IMG/VR virus record: IMGVR_UViG_2529292886_000008
Reading direction: 5' to 3' (one strand)
DNA length: 30,609 nucleotides
DNA from: a virus
Taxonomy: Duplodnaviria > Heunggongvirae > Uroviricota > Caudoviricetes
Part shown: positions 25,467 to 30,609 of the stretch, in pieces
Numbering within the stretch: position 1 is the stretch's first letter
Layout: each line of letters opens with the position of its first letter
Translations under genes and position numbers: made by a program
The notes under the pieces: model-generated
What the model saw: the letters and a program-made list of their open reading frames with translations, nothing else
What the model was told of the DNA's origin: nothing
Databases searched by the model: none

Positions 25467-26365
25467 TTACGCTCATTCTTTCTGCACCAGTAACAGAAAT
25501 GGCTGAAGCATTTAAGCGGGTATTTGCAAACGCAGATAATGTGAATATTGTCGGAAAGCCATTTGAAACAATCAGAGAATTTGACTGTATGGTAAGTGCG
25601 GCAAATAGTTTCGGCCTGATGGATGGCGGTGTTGATGCCGCCATTACCGCATTCTTCGGTACTCAGTTACAGTCCCGCGTTCAGAATCATATTCTTCGTG
25701 AATATCTAGGCGAGCAGCCTGTAGGATCTGCGTTTGTTATTGAAACGGGGCATAATCATCACCCCTGGCTGGTACATGCGCCAACAATGCGTGTTCCGCT
25801 GACAATTGACGGAACAGACGCTGTATATAACGCAACCTGGGCCGCTCTGCTTGCCATCTTTCAGCACAATAAAAACGCAACGACAGACAGGAAAATAAAG
25901 ACGGTGGTATTCCCTGCGATGGGGGCTGGATGTGGTCAGGTACCGTTTGAAAGTGTTGCCCGCCAGATGAAGCAGGCCTGGGATAACTTTAATAAAAAAA
26001 CAGAATCAATTAACTGGGAATACGCACAATCCCGCCAGTCGGCAGTATTTGGCACATATGCATACTGTCCGGGTAATTCTGTTTGCCGTTATGCGGATGC
26101 TAAATATATTGGATGCGGCGATTATCGGACGTATTGCTCACGTTCCGGGCAGGTCTGTATTAACCCTGAACATCAGGCTGATGATGTACTGATACAACAT
26201 CAGGCTAATAACCGGTTTCGCCCTGATTCGCATATACACCGGATTAATCCAGAAAATCCCGTAGGTAATGTCACCTCTGGCGCACATAGCCACAGAAGTA
26301 GCATCGTTATTGGTGCTCACACCCATACGCTCAATAAACAATATTCTGTCTCTGATATTAAGTAG
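25463..26365 (+). CDS. Macro-domain (ADP-ribose binding/processing) protein with Cys-rich and HxH-containing C-terminal region
   Basis: Macro motifs [18 protein letters not shown] and [15 protein letters not shown]-terminus [18 protein letters not shown] resembles HxH repeats in the upstream fibre tip; ATGA overlap with H stop. Confidence 0.75.
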   Translation: MITLILSAPVTEMAEAFKRVFANADNVNIVGKPFETIREFDCMVSAANSFGLMDGGVDAAITAFFGTQLQSRVQNHILREYLGEQPVGSAFVIETGHNHHPWLVHAPTMRVPLTIDGTDAVYNATWAALLAIFQHNKNATTDRKIKTVVFPAMGAGCGQVPFESVARQMKQAWDNFNKKTESINWEYAQSRQSAVFGTYAYCPGNSVCRYADAKYIGCGDYRTYCSRSGQVCINPEHQADDVLIQHQANNRFRPDSHIHRINPENPVGNVTSGAHSHRSSIVIGAHTHTLNKQYSVSDIK

Positions 26366-26367
26366 AG

Positions 26368-26952
26368 GTGAACATGGATTTCAGAATGAGTGAACAACCA
26401 CGGACCATAAAAATTTATAATCTGCTGGCCGGAACTAATGAATTTATTGGTGAAGGTGACGCATACATTCCGCCTCATACAGGTCTGCCAGCAAACAGTA
26501 CCGATATTGCACCGCCAGATATTCCGGCTGGCTTCGTGGCTGTTTTCAACAGTAATGAGGCATCGTGGCATCTCGTTGAAGATCATCGGGGTAAAACGGT
26601 TTATGACGTGGCTTCCGGCGACGCGTTATTTATTTCTGAACTCGGTCCGTTACCGGAAAATGTTACCTGGTTGTCGCCGGATGGAGAGTGTCAGAAGTGG
26701 AACGGCACATCCTGGGCGAAAGATGCAGAAGCAGAAAAACTGTTTCGGGTACGGGAGGCAGAAGAAACAAAAAACAGCCTGATGCAGGTAGCCAGTGAGC
26801 ATATTGCGCCACTTCAGGATGCCGTAGATTTGGATATTGCGACGGAGGAAGAGGCATCGTTACTGGCTGCATGGAAGACATATCGGGTATTGTTGAATCG
26901 TGTTGATACAACAGTAGCAGCGGATGTTGAGTGGCCAGTCGCCCCACAATAA
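26368..26952 (+). CDS. G: Tail fibre assembly chaperone (P2 gpG / Tfa-like)
   Basis: 194 aa; N-terminal region [39 protein letters not shown] typical of the Tfa family; GTG/ATG start at 26368/26374. Confidence 0.8.
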   Translation: MNMDFRMSEQPRTIKIYNLLAGTNEFIGEGDAYIPPHTGLPANSTDIAPPDIPAGFVAVFNSNEASWHLVEDHRGKTVYDVASGDALFISELGPLPENVTWLSPDGECQKWNGTSWAKDAEAEKLFRVREAEETKNSLMQVASEHIAPLQDAVDLDIATEEEASLLAAWKTYRVLLNRVDTTVAADVEWPVAPQ

Positions 26953-26958
26953 AAAGAA

Positions 26959-26988
26959 AAAGCCATCGACAGAAATATCGATGGCTTT
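26959..26988. terminator. Bidirectional rho-independent terminator between convergent tfa and acetyltransferase genes
   Basis: Perfect 11-bp stem AAAGCCATCGA / TCGATGGCTTT with 8-nt loop, flanked by A-run upstream and T-rich sequence downstream. Confidence 0.6.
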
Positions 26989-26995
26989 ATGTACT

Positions 26996-27568
26996 CTATT
27001 TATACAATACAACACCACTCTTTTTAGTTATATATGTGCAGTTTGATGGTATATCTTTATTTATAAAAGACATTGCACCTATTTTTACATTATCCCCAAT
27101 TTTACGTGATAATCCAATGATGCAACAATTAGCTCCGATATCAACGTTACTACCAATTTTTACTCTTGAACTAGGCATATCACCATCTATCTGTCCAATG
27201 GTAGTATTCTGTCGTAATACCAGATTTTCACCCGCATCAACAGCAAAATGAACAACAATTCCAGCATGATGGGGAATTGTCAACCCTTTTCCAATATTTG
27301 CGCCCAATCCTATTTCACAACCAAACTTGTTAATTATTTTACTGTTTAACTTTTTGGCTGCTTTCTTATGTAATTTATTACCATTAATATACATTTCGTT
27401 AGCCAACCGCCACCAGAAAAGGAAATTCCGGTTACGCTGCTTTTTCTCTCTTAAAAGCCTCCAGATATCCATACGTTTCCGCCGAATTACTTCATGTTTC
27501 CAGAAGTTTTTTAAATTAGTAGAGTTTCCAAATAAAACAAAGTGAATTGCCATTAAGTAAGATAGCAC
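26996..27568 (-). CDS. Hexapeptide-repeat (left-handed beta-helix) acetyltransferase, CysE/WcaB-like; lysogenic-conversion-type cargo
   Basis: C-terminal hexapeptide repeats (GCEIGLGANIGKGL..IGSNVDIGANCCIIG..IGDNVKIGAMS). Strongly AT-rich. Preferred start is the GTG at 27566-27568 with a perfect AAGGAG 6 nt upstream; the open frame extends to 27601. Confidence 0.75.
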   Translation of the reverse strand: MLSYLMAIHFVLFGNSTNLKNFWKHEVIRRKRMDIWRLLREKKQRNRNFLFWWRLANEMYINGNKLHKKAAKKLNSKIINKFGCEIGLGANIGKGLTIPHHAGIVVHFAVDAGENLVLRQNTTIGQIDGDMPSSRVKIGSNVDIGANCCIIGLSRKIGDNVKIGAMSFINKDIPSNCTYITKKSGVVLYK

Positions 27569-27724
27569 GATAATCTCCTTAATTATTATTTCAGACCACA
27601 CATGTTATAAGGTTAAGAGATTATAAAATCCTGTTATTTGTTATTCAAAAACAATTTTCTGAGAAGGACATACAACAGCAAGTCGCCAGTCACCTTCATC
27701 AGGAAATTGGCGACATACGTTAAA

Positions 27725-28219
27725 TCAGAGCAGCCCCTTAACTGAGCTGGCCGCGCTATTAAGGGATGATGTCACCTTATCTTTGAAGCCGGACAGCATA
27801 TCGCTGAACGATGAGGATTGCAGGCGCTCCCGCAAATCCTCATCACAGCGTTCAAGAGTCAGTGAAAATTCTATCTTTTTCGCCTTACCGTAGCGATCAA
27901 ACTCGGAGCGGGTCGTATTCGTTCCGGTCAGGACATACATGCCGTAAATCTGCCCGACGCCATCAATCAAAGGCCAAGGACGTCCTGTATATGCCTGCGT
28001 GGTCAACAACGACAGCGACACTTCGCCACCAGTAATCTCAGGATAAAGAACACCAGAAAGAACGATGCGATCATCACCTGCACCGATATACTGCCAGCTT
28101 GCTGAACGGTTAACGCGTTCATTTTTCACATGTCGCCAGCTTTTGTTTTGCTGTAACTGCTGATGCGGCAACGTGCGCAGCTCAAAAACAAACATGCCGT
28201 AGATCATCATCATGGCCAT
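27725..28219 (-). CDS. U: Tail protein U (P2 gpU-like)
   Basis: 164 aa; pattern MMMIYGMFVFEL..SWRH..LSGVL.PEITGG..WPLIDG.GQIYGMYV..KIEFSLTLER matches gpU family from memory; tightly coupled downstream of tape measure. Confidence 0.75.
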   Translation of the reverse strand: MAMMMIYGMFVFELRTLPHQQLQQNKSWRHVKNERVNRSASWQYIGAGDDRIVLSGVLYPEITGGEVSLSLLTTQAYTGRPWPLIDGVGQIYGMYVLTGTNTTRSEFDRYGKAKKIEFSLTLERCDEDLRERLQSSSFSDMLSGFKDKVTSSLNSAASSVKGLL

Positions 28220-28225
28220 GACTCC

Positions 28226-30439
28226 TCAATCTTTATCGTAAAAACTGCCACGCCTGGCACGGGCGCGCCGTTCCATTTCTGCCCTGACCATTTCGCCGAC
28301 CAGTTTCGCCAGTTCGCGGGGATTCTGCGTAACAACGTTATGCAGATGAACATGAATTTCACCGCCAAATCCGGAGGCAACAGGCTCCCGGTTACGGGAA
28401 GTTGCAGGAACTGATGCCACTGGCGATCGTATGGCCTCCACCACCGGGCGGGAGCTGGCCGCAACAACAGGGACCAGCGCCGGAGGCAGCGGAGCCGGGA
28501 CCACGGGTGTGATATTAATTGCGGGGGCAGGCTTACTGACCTGCGCAATCTTCCGCTCCTGCCACTCCCCACGAACAGCAAGTGCGCGGGGCAGGTTCTT
28601 AAAGACAATATCGCCGGGGCCAATGCGTTTTTTTGTCTCATCAACCAGCTTACCTGTGTTATCAGCAATTTTGCTGAGTCTGCGTAGCGTGCCGGTATTG
28701 CTGTCTGTGAGAGGTTTGTTGTCTTTGGGTTTATCATCTCCGGTGCCATTGCTATTTCCCGCAGACTTCGGCGGATTGATTTTCGCAATGTCTCCCTGAA
28801 ACAGAGCAACCTTGTCCTGAAGAATGGCCGCACGTTGTGCGTCTTCGATTTTCTTGCGCGCCCTTTCCGCTTCATCCGGAAGCACACCGAGTTTTTCAAG
28901 TATCCACGCCAGCGTATCCAGCAACATTTTTGCAGGCGTCAGAACAAGCTGTAACGCACCACCAAGAACGTTACCGAATACCTCGCCAGCACTGGTACAT
29001 TTATCCAGCGTTTCCTTGCTGGACTCCATCGGTGACAGCAGCGATTTAAACCAGTTAAACACCTGGCTGATCCCGCTTCCGATTACGTCAAAAACAGGGC
29101 CAAACCGTTCAAAGGTGTCGCGCAACGGGGTCAGCCTTTCCATAATCCCGCTGAACACCCCGGCAAAGAAAGCCCTGATAGGATCCCAGTATTTCCAGAT
29201 AAGAACGGCAGCTCCGGCAAGCGCAGCCACGATAAGACCAACCGGACTGAACAACGCCCCGATAACGCCTCCCAGTAAAGAAACGGAACCCGTCACCATT
29301 CCCCATAGCGCAGGTAACACCCTGACGACATTCATTGACCGGGTAAGAATGTCAAAACCAAGACGCAGGGTGGCCAGCTTCCCGTAAAGCACCCCAATAA
29401 CCAGCGACAACGAGCCAATCGTTGCAGTCATTGCCAGCAACGCACCGCCTGCTATCAGTAGCTGGCGCGTCAGTACCGGATGGGCCTGCGCCAGCGAGGT
29501 GATTTTTTCAAGCACCCGCGTGAGCCACTGCGTGACAGAACGCAGCGGACCGTCAACCAGATCACTGATGCGAATACGAAGACCTTCCCATGCGCTGTCG
29601 AGATTTTTCAGGTCCCCATCAAGATTATCAGCCATTACTTTTGCGACGCGATCGGCCTCTCCCCTTGCCCCCTGCAATTCTCTGGTCAGTTTTTGCAGCT
29701 CTCCTGAACCAGCCGCCGCAACAAGCGTCTGCAAACCAACGAACGCCTCTTCTCCGGCGATGTCCTTGAAGAAGGAGACCTGGTCCACCTGTCCGTATTT
29801 TTGTGTCGCCTTATAGAGATCAAGCAGCACATCCTCCATCGGGCGCATTTTGCCTCTGGCGTCAGCAACTGACACCCCCAGCTCTTTCAGTGCATCAGCC
29901 GCAGCTTTTGGCGGTGATGCAAGGCGGGACAGACTTGCGCGCATGGCCGTGCCAGCATCGCTTCCGCGAAGACCATTATTGGCAAGCATCCCGGCCATGG
30001 CCGCCGCTTCTTCAAGACTGATACCAAGTTTTGCGGCAACCGGACCGGTATACTTCATGGTTTCGCCCAGCGCGCGTAAATCAGTATTGGTCCGGGTAAA
30101 TGCTGCTGTCAGCGTATCGCCCACCCGGTCCATTTGATCGGCTGTCAGGTTGAACTGTGTGAGGATATTGGAGCCTATATCAGCCGTCTCGCCGAGTTCG
30201 ACGCCACCTGCCAGCGCCATATTAAGAACACCGGGCAATGCGGCCTGAATGGCCTGCGGAGTAAAACCAGCCATTGCCAGAAAGCTCTGCCCACTGGCGG
30301 CATCACTCGCAGTAAACTGTGTTTCAGCAAGTTTTAACGCCTGCTCACGCAGCGCCTTAAACTGCGGGCTGTTTTTGTCGATTCGCGTCAGTGCCTGAAC
30401 GCGGGACATCTCTTTGCCGAACCCGATCGCAGGCTGCAA
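28226..30439 (-). CDS. T: Tail tape measure protein (P2 gpT-like); 5' end possibly beyond window edge
   Basis: 737 aa from the first in-frame start codon (TTG at 30439), helical and Ala/Gly-rich with hydrophobic central block. The frame stays open to position 30609, so the true start may lie upstream or outside the window. Confidence 0.8.
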   Translation of the reverse strand: MQPAIGFGKEMSRVQALTRIDKNSPQFKALREQALKLAETQFTASDAASGQSFLAMAGFTPQAIQAALPGVLNMALAGGVELGETADIGSNILTQFNLTADQMDRVGDTLTAAFTRTNTDLRALGETMKYTGPVAAKLGISLEEAAAMAGMLANNGLRGSDAGTAMRASLSRLASPPKAAADALKELGVSVADARGKMRPMEDVLLDLYKATQKYGQVDQVSFFKDIAGEEAFVGLQTLVAAAGSGELQKLTRELQGARGEADRVAKVMADNLDGDLKNLDSAWEGLRIRISDLVDGPLRSVTQWLTRVLEKITSLAQAHPVLTRQLLIAGGALLAMTATIGSLSLVIGVLYGKLATLRLGFDILTRSMNVVRVLPALWGMVTGSVSLLGGVIGALFSPVGLIVAALAGAAVLIWKYWDPIRAFFAGVFSGIMERLTPLRDTFERFGPVFDVIGSGISQVFNWFKSLLSPMESSKETLDKCTSAGEVFGNVLGGALQLVLTPAKMLLDTLAWILEKLGVLPDEAERARKKIEDAQRAAILQDKVALFQGDIAKINPPKSAGNSNGTGDDKPKDNKPLTDSNTGTLRRLSKIADNTGKLVDETKKRIGPGDIVFKNLPRALAVRGEWQERKIAQVSKPAPAINITPVVPAPLPPALVPVVAASSRPVVEAIRSPVASVPATSRNREPVASGFGGEIHVHLHNVVTQNPRELAKLVGEMVRAEMERRARARRGSFYDKD

Positions 30440-30609
30440 AAAACGCCCGGCAGCATAGCCGCCCGCCGCTGCCGCACCAATTGCCAGCGCACCACCTGTT
30501 TTCAGTTTTCCCGCGGTTTCCTGCGCGTGCGAATACTGAACCGCCCCGGAAATCCTGGAGACTAAACTCCCTGAGAAAGAGGTAAACAGGATGACTAAAA
30601 ATACTCGTT

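Noticed and set aside
28210-29387. Plus- and minus-strand ORFs (229, 122, 187 aa) inside the tape-measure region
   Set aside because: Overlap or lie antisense to the long tape-measure frame; low-complexity Ser/Ala/Pro-rich translations.
30591-30609. Plus-strand ATG with upstream AGG at the extreme right edge
   Set aside because: Only six codons visible before the window ends and it overlaps the open tape-measure frame on the other strand; cannot be assessed.

Overview
The whole 30.6 kb window reads as one P2-like (peduovirus-type) temperate myovirus element on a GC-rich, probably enterobacterial, backbone. All calls are from reading the sequence and ORF translations against remembered family motifs; no database search was run. 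Left to right: an integrase N-terminal portion closed by an in-frame TGA; a leftward XRE-type repressor operon carrying two cargo genes (tail-anchored membrane protein and secreted DUF2511/YebY-like protein); a rightward early operon of small genes ending in a phage_GPA-type replication initiator (gene A); a ParM/ParR actin-type partition cassette; an AT-rich leftward two-gene membrane-protein operon at the position where P2 carries tin/old; a repeat-rich probable cos region; then portal Q and terminase P (leftward) and O, N, M, L, X, holin, M15 endolysin, spanins, R, S, V, W, J, I, tail fibre H, a macro-domain protein, and tail-fibre assembly protein (rightward). The right end holds an AT-rich hexapeptide acetyltransferase and, on the opposite strand to the rest of the late genes, tail protein U and the tape measure T. 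No rRNA, tRNA or CRISPR array was seen. The strongest candidate for an undescribed system is the two-gene membrane operon at 10071-11449. Other items worth follow-up are the partition cassette paired with a disrupted integrase, the macro-domain protein between H and G, the repressor-operon cargo with a duplicated motif, and a structured non-coding block at 4814-5135.
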